NCBI GenBank assembly: GCA_902534495.1
Contig: CACAQC010000002.1
Location: 14,517-78,516 of the forward strand
Origin: an uncultured Candidatus Actinomarina sp.
GTDB taxonomy: Bacteria; Actinomycetota; Acidimicrobiia; Actinomarinales; Actinomarinaceae
Length of the DNA stretch: 64,000 nucleotides
Direction: 5' to 3'
Shown one piece after another: positions 50,422 to 59,951 of the stretch. Each line of letters begins with the position of its first letter. The stretch's first letter is position 1. Under the pieces are notes generated by a model. The model searched no databases and was not told the DNA's origin. It saw nothing but the letters and a program-made list of their open reading frames with translations. Position numbers and translations under genes: made by a program.

Positions 50422-51525
50422 ATGACAAAAACAGTCCCATTTAACGATTTAACTAGAATTCATAATTCAATTGAAGATAAGATTATGAATAAATTCAGTA
50501 AAATTGTGAAAAAAAATTCATTTGTCTTGAATAAAGAAGTAGAAGAATTTGAAAATATGTTTTCTAAGTTTTCAAATTCAAATTTTACAATAGGTTGTGC
50601 AAACGGTACAGATGCCATTGAATTAATTCTAAGAGGACTAGGAATTGGCGTTGGAGACGAAGTAATAATCCCAACAAATTCATATATTGCGACTGCATAT
50701 GCAGTCTCAAGAACAGGTGCGAAACCTGTATTTGTTGACAATGATGAATTTTATTTGATAAATACAAATGAAGTTAAGAAGAAAATTTCCAAAAAAACAA
50801 AAGCAATTATTGCAGTAAATTTATATGGACAAAAGGCAGACTTAAAAACACTTGCTCAAATCTCAAAACAGAATTCACTTTATTTAATTGAGGACTCAGC
50901 TCAATCACATGGTGCGAGAAATAGTAAGTTTTCTAACAATTATTCAATTGGAGCTGCTTACAGTTTTTATCCTGGAAAAAATTTAGGTGCTTGGGGAGAT
51001 GGAGGTGCAGTTACAACTGATAACAAAAAGCTTTATGAAAAAATGAAGTTAATTAGAAATCAGGGAAGTATAGAAAAATATATACATCCAGAAATAGGAT
51101 TTAATTCTAGACTCCAGCCTCTTCAAGGAGTTGTTTTATCTGAAAAAATTAAAAAATTAGCATCCTGGAACAAATTAAGAAATGAGGTAGCAGATATCTA
51201 TTTTGAGAAATTAAAAAAAATTGATTCAATTGTATTGCCAAAAGTACGAGATGGAAACTCCCATGTTTGGCATCTTTTTGTAATTAGAACTAAAAATCGA
51301 GATAAAATACTCAATGAATTTACAAGTCACAAAGTTGAATTCGGTATCCATTATCCGATACCAATCCACAGACAAAAAGCCTATAAAGATCATAAACAGT
51401 TTAATTCAAAAATTAAAAATGCAGATAATTATGGTGGCCAACTGCTGTCTTTACCAATTTTCCCACATATGAAAAACGATGAAATAAACCGAGTAGTTTC
51501 AGTATTAGAAAAATATCACATCTGA
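50422..51525 (+). CDS. DegT/DnrJ/EryC1-family sugar aminotransferase (second copy)
   Basis: PLP fold with conserved SFYPGKNLG (Lys) region. Confidence 0.85.
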   Translation: MTKTVPFNDLTRIHNSIEDKIMNKFSKIVKKNSFVLNKEVEEFENMFSKFSNSNFTIGCANGTDAIELILRGLGIGVGDEVIIPTNSYIATAYAVSRTGAKPVFVDNDEFYLINTNEVKKKISKKTKAIIAVNLYGQKADLKTLAQISKQNSLYLIEDSAQSHGARNSKFSNNYSIGAAYSFYPGKNLGAWGDGGAVTTDNKKLYEKMKLIRNQGSIEKYIHPEIGFNSRLQPLQGVVLSEKIKKLASWNKLRNEVADIYFEKLKKIDSIVLPKVRDGNSHVWHLFVIRTKNRDKILNEFTSHKVEFGIHYPIPIHRQKAYKDHKQFNSKIKNADNYGGQLLSLPIFPHMKNDEINRVVSVLEKYHI

Positions 51526-51530
51526 AAAAG

Positions 51531-52517
51531 TTATTTATTATTAATGTTAGAGATTCTAGTTTCAAAGAATGTCTCTATAGATGACTCGATTATTAGAAAA
51601 TCAAATTCCTCAGCGTTGCTATCAAGGTCAATATCTTCTGACCACCTTTTATATTCCAAATTAAAATAATTAGATAAGTAAGTATTTGGTGCATAGGCTT
51701 CATCAAAAAATGAGTCATGGATAATCAATACATCTTTTTTTACTTTAGGAATAGGCTGAATAATGTATTCACTAGAGTTTGATTCAAATTTAATTAAACC
51801 CAATCTCTCAAGAACATTGTTATTTTCTTGAATAAGTCCAAGTTTGATTAATTTAAAACTTTCATCTGAATTTGTTACTTTTAGAATCTCCATTAGTGCC
51901 AAATTAAGTCCAAAATTATTCCAATGAGTATCACCAAATTCAAAATAGCTTTCATTTCCTTTGTAAAGTTCATATAAATTAATTGAGTTTAAATCGGGAT
52001 TCCTATTAATGAATTGGTCATAACTTTTGGTAAATTCTTTACATAAAAAATTATTTTGGAAATAGTTAAGGTATTGAGAATCTATCTCTTGCTTAAGTGG
52101 AATTAAGAGAAAAATTATTTTATTTAGATATTCGATCTCAAAATTTAGTTCAACATCATTATTAAACGACTGGCAAGATTTTATTTTTGGGAACAAGTTT
52201 CCATTTTTACCAAAAAAGACTTCAGTATCGAAAAACTGAGAATCAAAAACAGATTTATCCTGCAAATACCAGCTAAAATCAGCTACATAACTTAGAGTCG
52301 AATTTCTAATTTGAGATTTAAAAATATATGTTTCGATCTTATTTTTGAGCTCTATTCGATTTGTTGAAAATATTAAATTTAGCAAGCTTCTTTCTTCACC
52401 TAGACTATTAACGGTATTTACATAGCTAAAGACATTTTCAGCTGGAAGAAAAATTCCTGAAACAGAAACAAGTAATAAAATTAATATTATAAAAATTGTA
52501 AATACTTTCTCCCTCAT
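51531..52517 (-). CDS. Secreted AlgX/AlgJ-like SGNH-type polysaccharide O-acetyltransferase partner
   Basis: Signal peptide; GDTHWNNFG resembles the AlgJ/AlgX DxHW catalytic motif; adjacent to an MBOAT gene. Confidence 0.5.
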   Translation of the reverse strand: MREKVFTIFIILILLLVSVSGIFLPAENVFSYVNTVNSLGEERSLLNLIFSTNRIELKNKIETYIFKSQIRNSTLSYVADFSWYLQDKSVFDSQFFDTEVFFGKNGNLFPKIKSCQSFNNDVELNFEIEYLNKIIFLLIPLKQEIDSQYLNYFQNNFLCKEFTKSYDQFINRNPDLNSINLYELYKGNESYFEFGDTHWNNFGLNLALMEILKVTNSDESFKLIKLGLIQENNNVLERLGLIKFESNSSEYIIQPIPKVKKDVLIIHDSFFDEAYAPNTYLSNYFNLEYKRWSEDIDLDSNAEEFDFLIIESSIETFFETRISNINNK

Positions 52518-52518
52518 G

Positions 52519-53946
52519 CTAAAACCTGAAATATATAAATGGATCTACAGAGGATGCTATAACTAAAACAAGCGAAAAGATAAACATAGAAATCGTAAGA
52601 AACCGATTTTCAAATAATTTTTTTGATACCTTGATGTTCAATAATGATGCAATACACATCGAGGCAACAATTAAAAATTTTAAATTGAAGTACTGCACGG
52701 CAATTGGTAGGAAATCATCATTTACTAAATCATAAGTAAATATCGAAGAAATTATATCAATAGTATCTTGAGAGCTTTTAGAAAAAAATGGAACCCAAGT
52801 AATGGAAATCAAAATAAAAGTAAGAATTCTATTTGAAAATAACTTTTTGTAATTTAATAGTTTTTCAGTTGTCAAAAATAAACCGTGTAAGAATCCCCAT
52901 AATAAAAAATTTACAGTTGCTCCATGCCAAAGTGCTGTCAAGAAAAAAGTAATCCATAAATTTCTGAAATTTTTATATTTTGATACCCTATTTCCTCCTA
53001 AAGGAATATAAACATATACTTTAAAAAAATTAGAGAGAGTCATGTGCCAACGTTGCCAAAACTCTCTAAAAGATTTTGAAAGATATGGTCTATTAAAATT
53101 CTCAGGTAGATTGAACCCAAAAAGTAGCCCAATTCCAATTGCTATGTCACAATATGCTGAAAAATCAAAATATATTTGAAATGTATAACTCAGAACCAAT
53201 ATAGCTGATGATGCAAAAGAAAATGTAAAGACGTGATTACTATTTATGTATATCGAAGTAATCTGTGCAAGCGTATCAGCAATCAAAAACTTTTTGATTA
53301 AGCCCAACGAAATTCTATACAGACCTGTTTGTAGAGACTCTATATTTACTACTTTTGAATTAAGACCATTTCTAAATGTGGTTATATCAACAATTGGCCC
53401 AGCTAATAACTGTGGAAAAAAAGTTAGGAATGTAAAAATCTCAAACCCATTCTCAGAGTTTTCAACTCTTCTTTTGTCAAAATAGTATGCAATGGATTGA
53501 AAGGTAAAAAAAGAAAGACCAATAGGAAAGTTTTCAACTATATAGGATGGGGTCTCAATACTAATAAAATTAAAAACAACAAAGGAATATTTAAAGATAA
53601 TTAAGGGCGTCAATAATAATGCTACAAATAATGGGTTATTGAAAACATTTTTTTCAATCTGTAATTTTAGTAATCCTGCTAGGAATAAAAGAATAATCAA
53701 TAAATACCCATTGTCTAAGTAATAAAAATATGCACTTAAAACACCCAAGTAAAACGTTTTTGTTGTTTTGCTTACACTAAATAAATTTATTAATAATGAG
53801 AAAGGTAAAAAAAGAAAAAGAAAAGAGTTGGAAGTTAACAGCATATAAGATTTTAAACATATACACTTTTTAAGATTTGAATTTATTAAATTTTGAACTT
53901 GAGAGATAAATTTATTTTTTAATTGCCACCATAAGAATAAAAACAA
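52519..53946 (-). CDS. MBOAT-family membrane O-acyltransferase (AlgI/DltB-like)
   Basis: FWQRWHMTLSNFFKVYVYIPLGGNR, the MBOAT signature including the catalytic His. Confidence 0.8.
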   Translation of the reverse strand: MFLFLWWQLKNKFISQVQNLINSNLKKCICLKSYMLLTSNSFLFLFLPFSLLINLFSVSKTTKTFYLGVLSAYFYYLDNGYLLIILLFLAGLLKLQIEKNVFNNPLFVALLLTPLIIFKYSFVVFNFISIETPSYIVENFPIGLSFFTFQSIAYYFDKRRVENSENGFEIFTFLTFFPQLLAGPIVDITTFRNGLNSKVVNIESLQTGLYRISLGLIKKFLIADTLAQITSIYINSNHVFTFSFASSAILVLSYTFQIYFDFSAYCDIAIGIGLLFGFNLPENFNRPYLSKSFREFWQRWHMTLSNFFKVYVYIPLGGNRVSKYKNFRNLWITFFLTALWHGATVNFLLWGFLHGLFLTTEKLLNYKKLFSNRILTFILISITWVPFFSKSSQDTIDIISSIFTYDLVNDDFLPIAVQYFNLKFLIVASMCIASLLNIKVSKKLFENRFLTISMFIFSLVLVIASSVDPFIYFRF

Positions 53947-54125
53947 ATGAAGTTAAACCAATTGATGAAAGAATAAGAAGCTCAATAATAGATTTGTTTG
54001 CAATTAAATAATCAATCATTAAATAATTTTACTATTCGGAGAATAAATCAGCTATTAGTGATCCCTAAAATATTTCCTGTTTTTATTTGTGTGTTAGTGA
54101 ATTAGAAATAAGTCTATGTTTATTG

Positions 54126-54168
54126 TGGCCAGAGGCAGAATCGAACTGCCGACCCCTTGTTTTTCAGA
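54126..54168 (-). repeat. Partial duplicate of the tRNA-Phe 3' half (anticodon loop to acceptor 3' strand); att-like direct repeat
   Basis: 43-nt string tggccagaggcagaatcgaactgccgaccccttgtttttcaga, identical to 54984-55026 inside the intact tRNA-Phe. Confidence 0.8.
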
Positions 54169-54326
54169 TAGAGGCAAACCATTTGTCCTTTCATCATTTT
54201 ACATTAATCATCATTAATATTCGCTCATTTATAAGAGGCTCTAAAATGCAATGAGCAGTAAATAACGAAGACTTCTTTTGTGAGTGTGTCGCACTTTTGT
54301 AGCAGTTTTATGTTTAATATATTTAT

Positions 54327-54911
54327 ATGGCTTTTGTTGAAGATGGAAAAAAATGTATTTTTTCTAAATGGCAACAAACTGAAAATTTTTCATTTTTGTT
54401 AACACTATCAAAAATACTTCTCAATCTTGAATTTTACTCAAGGGTCTATTTTTGGGAAGAAGTGTTTTCTGAAACTGCCTATAAATATTCTAAAAAATAC
54501 ATTGACCTGGTTGATGTTCAAAAACTAAATACAATACAAGAAATTAAATATGATGAATATTTATTTAAAGTACATTTTTTAGATAATTATTTTTTTCTTA
54601 ATAAATATTTTAGTAAAAGTTATGAAAATATATTTAAAAAATACTCAAATGAAGATGTTAAATTAGAAATTGCAGGCGATATTGACGAAAAATTAATGTA
54701 TATGCAATATCACTTAGATGCCCTAATTATTAACTACTCACATCTATGTATTAATGATGTTTTTGCCAATCTAGGACACGAACCTGATATTCGTCTCTAT
54801 CCAGAACTAATTTCACAAGATGAAGCAAATTGGTTAAAAAAAAGATCAACTTCTGAACATAAATCAATGAATATATCACCAAAAATTAGAAAGTCTGACC
54901 CTAAACCATAA
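54327..54911 (+). CDS. Hypothetical protein carried between the tRNA-Phe direct repeats
   Basis: 194-aa ORF with no recognisable motif. Confidence 0.35.
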   Translation: MAFVEDGKKCIFSKWQQTENFSFLLTLSKILLNLEFYSRVYFWEEVFSETAYKYSKKYIDLVDVQKLNTIQEIKYDEYLFKVHFLDNYFFLNKYFSKSYENIFKKYSNEDVKLEIAGDIDEKLMYMQYHLDALIINYSHLCINDVFANLGHEPDIRLYPELISQDEANWLKKRSTSEHKSMNISPKIRKSDPKP

Positions 54912-54979
54912 AGTTGTCGCAATTCTTGTCGCAGTTTTAATTTATTAGAAAGCTAGTAAGAAAAAATCTTTATAGCTAT

Positions 54980-55055
54980 TGGTGGCCAGAGGCAGAATCG
55001 AACTGCCGACCCCTTGTTTTTCAGACAAGTGCTCTACCGACTGAGCTATCTGGCC
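54980..55055 (-). tRNA. tRNA-Phe (GAA)
   Basis: Reverse complement GGCCAGATAGCTCAGTCGGTAGAGCACTTGTCTGAAAAACAAGGGGTCGGCAGTTCGATTCTGCCTCTGGCCACCA folds into a cloverleaf; anticodon loop CTGAAAA. Confidence 0.9.
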
Positions 55056-55058
55056 AAA

Positions 55059-55136
55059 TGGCGGGGACGACGGGATTCGAACCCGCGACCTCCTGCGTGA
55101 CAGGCAGGCGTGAACTCCAGACTTCACCACGCCCCC
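55059..55136 (-). tRNA. tRNA-Asp (GTC)
   Basis: Reverse complement GGGGGCGTGGTGAAGTCTGGAGTTCACGCCTGCCTGTCACGCAGGAGGTCGCGGGTTCGAATCCCGTCGTCCCCGCCA; anticodon arm CCTGC-CTGTCAC-GCAGG is identical to E. coli tRNA-Asp. Confidence 0.85.
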
Positions 55137-55186
55137 AACTCTTTAATAAAGAATACTACATAAGCTAACTAAAAAAAATTGATTTG

Positions 55187-55259
55187 TGGGTCGGGTGGGA
55201 ATCGAACCCACGACCTTGAGCTTAAAAGGCTCCTGCTCTGCCGATTGAGCTACCGACCC
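55187..55259 (-). tRNA. tRNA-Lys (TTT)
   Basis: Reverse complement GGGTCGGTAGCTCAATCGGCAGAGCAGGAGCCTTTTAAGCTCAAGGTCGTGGGTTCGATTCCCACCCGACCCA; anticodon loop CTTTTAA. Confidence 0.85.
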
Positions 55260-55311
55260 TATATTACATCTAATAAATAATACCCTAAATTACAAATAAT
55301 CCTTTATAAAG

Positions 55312-55629
55312 TTATTCTTCTTCAGAAGATTGATTATTTACTAAATTTGAGATTTTAGTTTTGGTATCATCAACAATTTCAATGAGTTCTTCACTTATTT
55401 TATTTAATACCTCTTTTGATTCTGATTTGATTTCTTCGTCTTTTACTGTCTCATCTATAGCCTTGATAAGACTTTTTATAGTTTCAATACTTGTATCCAC
55501 AGTCTGTTTAAATGAATCTTTTAAATCATCTACTAGGTTATCTTGAGAAATTTTTTCTTTAATTTTTTTCGTAACCTCAGATATATCATCAGATATATCA
55601 TTCCAAGAATTACTTTCTGAGTTATTCAC
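55312..55629 (-). CDS. Acidic, probably coiled hypothetical protein
   Basis: 105-aa ORF rich in D/E/K/S. Confidence 0.3.
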   Translation of the reverse strand: MNNSESNSWNDISDDISEVTKKIKEKISQDNLVDDLKDSFKQTVDTSIETIKSLIKAIDETVKDEEIKSESKEVLNKISEELIEIVDDTKTKISNLVNNQSSEEE

Positions 55630-55649
55630 AACTTAATAATATATAAAGC

Positions 55650-56492
55650 CTAAAACTTTGCTTTATCTTTAAATAATAAATTAGGCTTTGATTTTAGTCG
55701 TTGTTTAGCCCAACGTGCTGGTGGAATTAATCTAAAGAACGGGGGAAGGAAAGGTCGTGTAAATTTTAAAAAATTTAGATTAAATTTTAAAATTACATCT
55801 TTAATTTTTGATTCGTTTACTCCATAAAGTTCCTTAAACTCTTTTGGCAACGTATTAAACGCAGTAAAAGATATGAACGGCCAAATTGGTTTTATATGTC
55901 TTGGAACGGGACCTCCAGCGATGATTTCTTGCACATCTTTCGCAACGTCTGTATAAATTAAATAATTTTCAGTTTTTGATTTATTTACAACCCACTCTTT
56001 TAATTCTTTGTGAGTTTGTGGCATTTCATCGATATCTATCAACACAAGACCTGCCGCAACCATATTTTCTTTGTGATACTTGTTTTTTTCTTCAACTGAT
56101 AGTTTTTTTACTGTTTTCTCATAAAAATAAATTGATGATATTTGTAAACAAGCGTGAACCCAAAGAAGTTGTTCATGATCTAAAGCATCATATACATCTC
56201 CGGTAACTTCGTCATTGCCTTTAATTACTTCATGAAGTTTATTTATCCTATGGGCACTTTCGTCAGCCTCATTTTTGGATCCAAATGTTACAGAGTTTTG
56301 TAATGAAAGCGTTCTAATCAATCTTTTCCAAGGGTCTCGTTGATAGAATGAAGTCTGTCTTGCTCCAGCAGCAATGAGTGGATGCGCGGCATGCATTAAA
56401 AGTGCTCTCGCACCGCCAAATAAAACTGTAATTTCTTTATTGACTTTCCACATCATGGAATCAGGGCCAAAGTATCCGGGATCTGCTTTCAT
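55650..56492 (-). CDS. DUF2236 (MpaB-like oxygenase family) protein
   Basis: N-terminus GPDSMMWKVNKEITVLFGGARALLMHAAHPLIAAG is characteristic of DUF2236. Confidence 0.55.
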   Translation of the reverse strand: MKADPGYFGPDSMMWKVNKEITVLFGGARALLMHAAHPLIAAGARQTSFYQRDPWKRLIRTLSLQNSVTFGSKNEADESAHRINKLHEVIKGNDEVTGDVYDALDHEQLLWVHACLQISSIYFYEKTVKKLSVEEKNKYHKENMVAAGLVLIDIDEMPQTHKELKEWVVNKSKTENYLIYTDVAKDVQEIIAGGPVPRHIKPIWPFISFTAFNTLPKEFKELYGVNESKIKDVILKFNLNFLKFTRPFLPPFFRLIPPARWAKQRLKSKPNLLFKDKAKF

Positions 56493-56538
56493 CTTTATAA
56501 ATTTTAGGTCTTTTATCAGGTAATATTGAATAAGAAAT

Positions 56539-57672
56539 ATGAAAATTACATATATAACGTATCAAGGCATACCAAGCACCAACACCTACGCTCATGGAAT
56601 TTGGACTTTCTCAATAATAAAGCACCTAGTCAAAAAGAATTACGAGGTAGATCTTGTTTTTCCACTTCGTGAAAAAAATTCTACGTCTGATGTTTCAAAA
56701 CTTCAAGATTATTACGAAATGAATTTAGATTTTGAAGTCAATCCTACAAAGCATTACTTACCATTTGGAAGAATTAATATTTTTACAAAATACATGTATA
56801 TTTTTAGCCACATTTTGTGGGCTTATTATGTAACTAGAAAATATAAAAATCAACATACAAATATAATTTTTACTCTCTCTGATTGGGTTTTTTATTTTTT
56901 GTCTAAAAAGAATGTAAGAGTAATTTATGAATGTCACAATGTTACTAATATAAGAAAAAAACTTGTCACAAAATCATTAGAGTCTATTAATTCAAAAATT
57001 ATTTGTATCAACAAATATATCAAGGAAGATTTAAATCTTAAAGACGGAGTTAATATTACTGTGCTTGAAAGCGGATTTGATCAAGATTTATTTTATGACA
57101 GCTCATCTAAACATGACAAAATAAAAATAGTCTATTCCGGAAATTTACAAAGATTCGGAAAAAGCAGAGGGGTAGTAGAGATTATTGAATACTTTCTGGA
57201 ATCAAAATATAGTAAAAGTTCAGAGTTGCATATTTTTGGTGGCCCAGATGATATTGCAAGTAATTTAAATAGTCAGTTTAAATCAGAGAATGTACATATT
57301 CATGGTCATGTCAAAAGGACTGAATTAGCAGCAGTCCTGAGTGAGGCACAGATTGGAATTTTAACAAATGATGACAGCATTCACTCGCAGAGACATACTT
57401 CACCGATGAAATATTATGAATATCTAGGATCTGGTATGAATGTAATTGCTACCAATTCACTTGCTCATAAAGACCTCCCCATTCAGAATGCAATTAATTA
57501 TTTTGACCTAAATGATAAAGAAAGTTTTTTTGATGCGCTTGATAATGCAATAAAAAATTATGATGATGAAAAAGTAATTGATGTTTCAAGATTAACAATG
57601 GATTACAGAATGAATAAATTTATTGATTTTGTTAATGCGCGTCCGGAAGGACTCGAACCCTCAACCCCCTGA
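56539..57672 (+). CDS. Glycosyltransferase family 4; 3' end overlaps tRNA-Arg
   Basis: HTSPMKYYEYLGSGMNVIATN matches the EX7E motif. Confidence 0.65.
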   Translation: MKITYITYQGIPSTNTYAHGIWTFSIIKHLVKKNYEVDLVFPLREKNSTSDVSKLQDYYEMNLDFEVNPTKHYLPFGRINIFTKYMYIFSHILWAYYVTRKYKNQHTNIIFTLSDWVFYFLSKKNVRVIYECHNVTNIRKKLVTKSLESINSKIICINKYIKEDLNLKDGVNITVLESGFDQDLFYDSSSKHDKIKIVYSGNLQRFGKSRGVVEIIEYFLESKYSKSSELHIFGGPDDIASNLNSQFKSENVHIHGHVKRTELAAVLSEAQIGILTNDDSIHSQRHTSPMKYYEYLGSGMNVIATNSLAHKDLPIQNAINYFDLNDKESFFDALDNAIKNYDDEKVIDVSRLTMDYRMNKFIDFVNARPEGLEPSTP

Positions 57673-57711
57673 TCCGAAGTCAGGTGCTCTATCCAGTTGA
57701 GCTACGGACGC
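57638..57711 (-). tRNA. tRNA-Arg (TCG)
   Basis: Reverse complement GCGTCCGTAGCTCAACTGGATAGAGCACCTGACTTCGGATCAGGGGGTTGAGGGTTCGAGTCCTTCCGGACGC; anticodon loop CTTCGGA. Confidence 0.8.
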
Positions 57712-58879
57712 AAAAATTAATTAGTAATTTAATTCTTTCATTTACTGAATATTTATCAATATTATTTTTAGAATTTTCAATGAGAGATTGTCTCAAATTT
57801 GTATCTAAAATCAAATTAGAAATTTTTTCTCGAAAATCATCAAAATCATCTGCTTTAAAATATACAATCCCAAGCTTGGTTTCATTTAGTTCTAAGTTGC
57901 TTTTAATATCTGATGACAAGACCACTGCACCAGCAGCAGCATATTCAAAAATCTTCATTGGGGATGCATAGTTCGTCATATGGAATTCGTTTGGGTAAGG
58001 CACAATACCAATATCAAGTTCTTTCATGTATTCAGAAACTTTATTCTTAGGCACTTTGTATTTATAAGAGAAATCAATATTTGTATTCTGAAATTCTTGA
58101 GTAATTTCGTCAACCTTCTCTTTAGGACCACCAATAAGAGTTAATTTAAAATCATGATTTTTTGCTAAATTTTTTAGTTCTAGAAAAGCTTTTTTAACTC
58201 CTTTATCTTTGCCATACGTTTCAAGCATTCCTATATAACCTATGTTTAACTTCTTATTTTTTTGACGAGAAACGTCTTCCTTATAAAGATTTAGATTTAC
58301 ACCATTTGTTAAATAGATTGTATTGTTTGGTGATAAATCTGATAGTTCATCGAAAGATGTAATTGATGTTCCAACAAAAAATACATTCTCATATTTAGAA
58401 AGTTTTTTGACTACATATTTTTGAATAAATTTACCAGCTCCATGCTTCTCATAAATGATATTTTTATTACTTGATGCATGATTGATTAAGAGATTAGGGT
58501 TTGTTGACCATAATGTGTCAATATTCTCAAGACTATTTTTTAGTGATTTAGACCAGTAATACGCTCCTAAAGTCCAAAAAATTTTTTGTATAAAATTTGG
58601 AACAAAATCGTAAAAAAATAATTTTGTAAAATCATAATTTTTTACTTCAATGAAGTTAACTTGTTTATTTTCATAATATTCTTGCGGACTAACATCTAAA
58701 GTCTTTTTGTTTGATGTTTTTGAATAAAAAACATTTACATTGCAATTGTTTTCTAAAAATCCATCAGCAATGTCAATAATGTGTGAGCCGTAAGCCTTTT
58801 CTGTCGGAAATCTTCCATAAACAATTATGCCTATATTTTTCATTTCAAACTTTATACTAATTAATTGAATTATTTTCAT
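57689..58879 (-). CDS. Glycosyltransferase family 4
   Basis: ASPMKIFEYAAAGAVVLSSD matches the EX7E motif; the annotated 3' end overlaps tRNA-Arg, so the true stop is probably slightly upstream. Confidence 0.7.
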   Translation of the reverse strand: MKIIQLISIKFEMKNIGIIVYGRFPTEKAYGSHIIDIADGFLENNCNVNVFYSKTSNKKTLDVSPQEYYENKQVNFIEVKNYDFTKLFFYDFVPNFIQKIFWTLGAYYWSKSLKNSLENIDTLWSTNPNLLINHASSNKNIIYEKHGAGKFIQKYVVKKLSKYENVFFVGTSITSFDELSDLSPNNTIYLTNGVNLNLYKEDVSRQKNKKLNIGYIGMLETYGKDKGVKKAFLELKNLAKNHDFKLTLIGGPKEKVDEITQEFQNTNIDFSYKYKVPKNKVSEYMKELDIGIVPYPNEFHMTNYASPMKIFEYAAAGAVVLSSDIKSNLELNETKLGIVYFKADDFDDFREKISNLILDTNLRQSLIENSKNNIDKYSVNERIKLLINFCVRSSTG

Positions 58880-58913
58880 AACTTATTTATTACCTAATTA
58901 AAATGTTTATATA

Positions 58914-59948
58914 GTGAAAGCATTAATAACTGGTATTACAGGTCAAGATGGTGCTTATTTAGCTGAACTTTTACTTGAAAAAGGCTATGAAGTTCATGGT
59001 ACTGTAAGGCGCTCGTCATCAATAAATACTGAAAGAATTGATGGTTTGATTTCCAAATATTCTGATGATAATCAATTGACGCTTCACTACTCAGATCTTT
59101 TAGACTCATCATCAATTACAAATTTACTGAACAATATTCGTCCTGACGAGGTGTACAATTTGGCTGCCCAATCGCATGTTTCAGTTTCCTTTATTAATCC
59201 AATATTTACAACACAAATTGGAACTCTTGGCTCTATTTCAATACTTGAAGGGATTAGACACCTCAATAAAGATGTAAAATTTTATCAAGCTTCCTCCTCT
59301 GAAATGTTTGGAGGTGCGAGCAAAGAACTTTTAAATGAAAAATCTCTATTCGATGCAAAAAGTCCATATGGAGCTTCAAAAGTTTTTGCGCATGAGATTA
59401 CAAAAATATATAGAGAATCGTATGAGCTATTCGGTGTAAATGGGATACTATTTAATCACGAATCACCTCTAAGGGGTGAGACATTTGTTACTAGAAAGAT
59501 TAGTAAAGCTGTTGGAAGGATTTCAGTAGGCATCCAAGAGCGATTAACTCTAGGGAATCTTGATGCAAGTAGAGACTGGGGGTATGCAAAAGATTATGTT
59601 GAGGGCATGTGGAAAATGATGCAACATGACACAGCAGAGGATTGGATTCTAGCAACAGGGGTAACAAAAACGGTTAAAGAATTTGCTGAAGCAGCCTTTA
59701 ATGTTGTAGGTCTATCTTGGGAGAATTATGTAGATATTTCAGAAAAATACTTTAGACCAAATGAAGTTGACTATCTAGTTGGCGATGCAACCAAAGCAAA
59801 GAATAAACTTGGGTGGGAACCTACGGTTGATTTTGATGAACTTGTAAAAATTATGGTTGAGCATGACATTACAGAGGCCAAAAAAGATTTAGCTTTGTTG
59901 AAAGATAGTCTGATATTTCCAACATGGGAACACCCAAAAGAACTGTAA
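58914..59948 (+). CDS. gmd: GDP-mannose 4,6-dehydratase
   Basis: MKALITGITGQDGAYLAELLLEKGYEVHG and overall collinearity with Gmd. Confidence 0.9.
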   Translation: MKALITGITGQDGAYLAELLLEKGYEVHGTVRRSSSINTERIDGLISKYSDDNQLTLHYSDLLDSSSITNLLNNIRPDEVYNLAAQSHVSVSFINPIFTTQIGTLGSISILEGIRHLNKDVKFYQASSSEMFGGASKELLNEKSLFDAKSPYGASKVFAHEITKIYRESYELFGVNGILFNHESPLRGETFVTRKISKAVGRISVGIQERLTLGNLDASRDWGYAKDYVEGMWKMMQHDTAEDWILATGVTKTVKEFAEAAFNVVGLSWENYVDISEKYFRPNEVDYLVGDATKAKNKLGWEPTVDFDELVKIMVEHDITEAKKDLALLKDSLIFPTWEHPKEL

Positions 59949-59951
59949 ATC

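Noticed and set aside
54945-55130. 61-aa minus-strand ORF
   Set aside because: Lies entirely across tRNA-Phe and tRNA-Asp, so it is an artefact of tRNA sequence.
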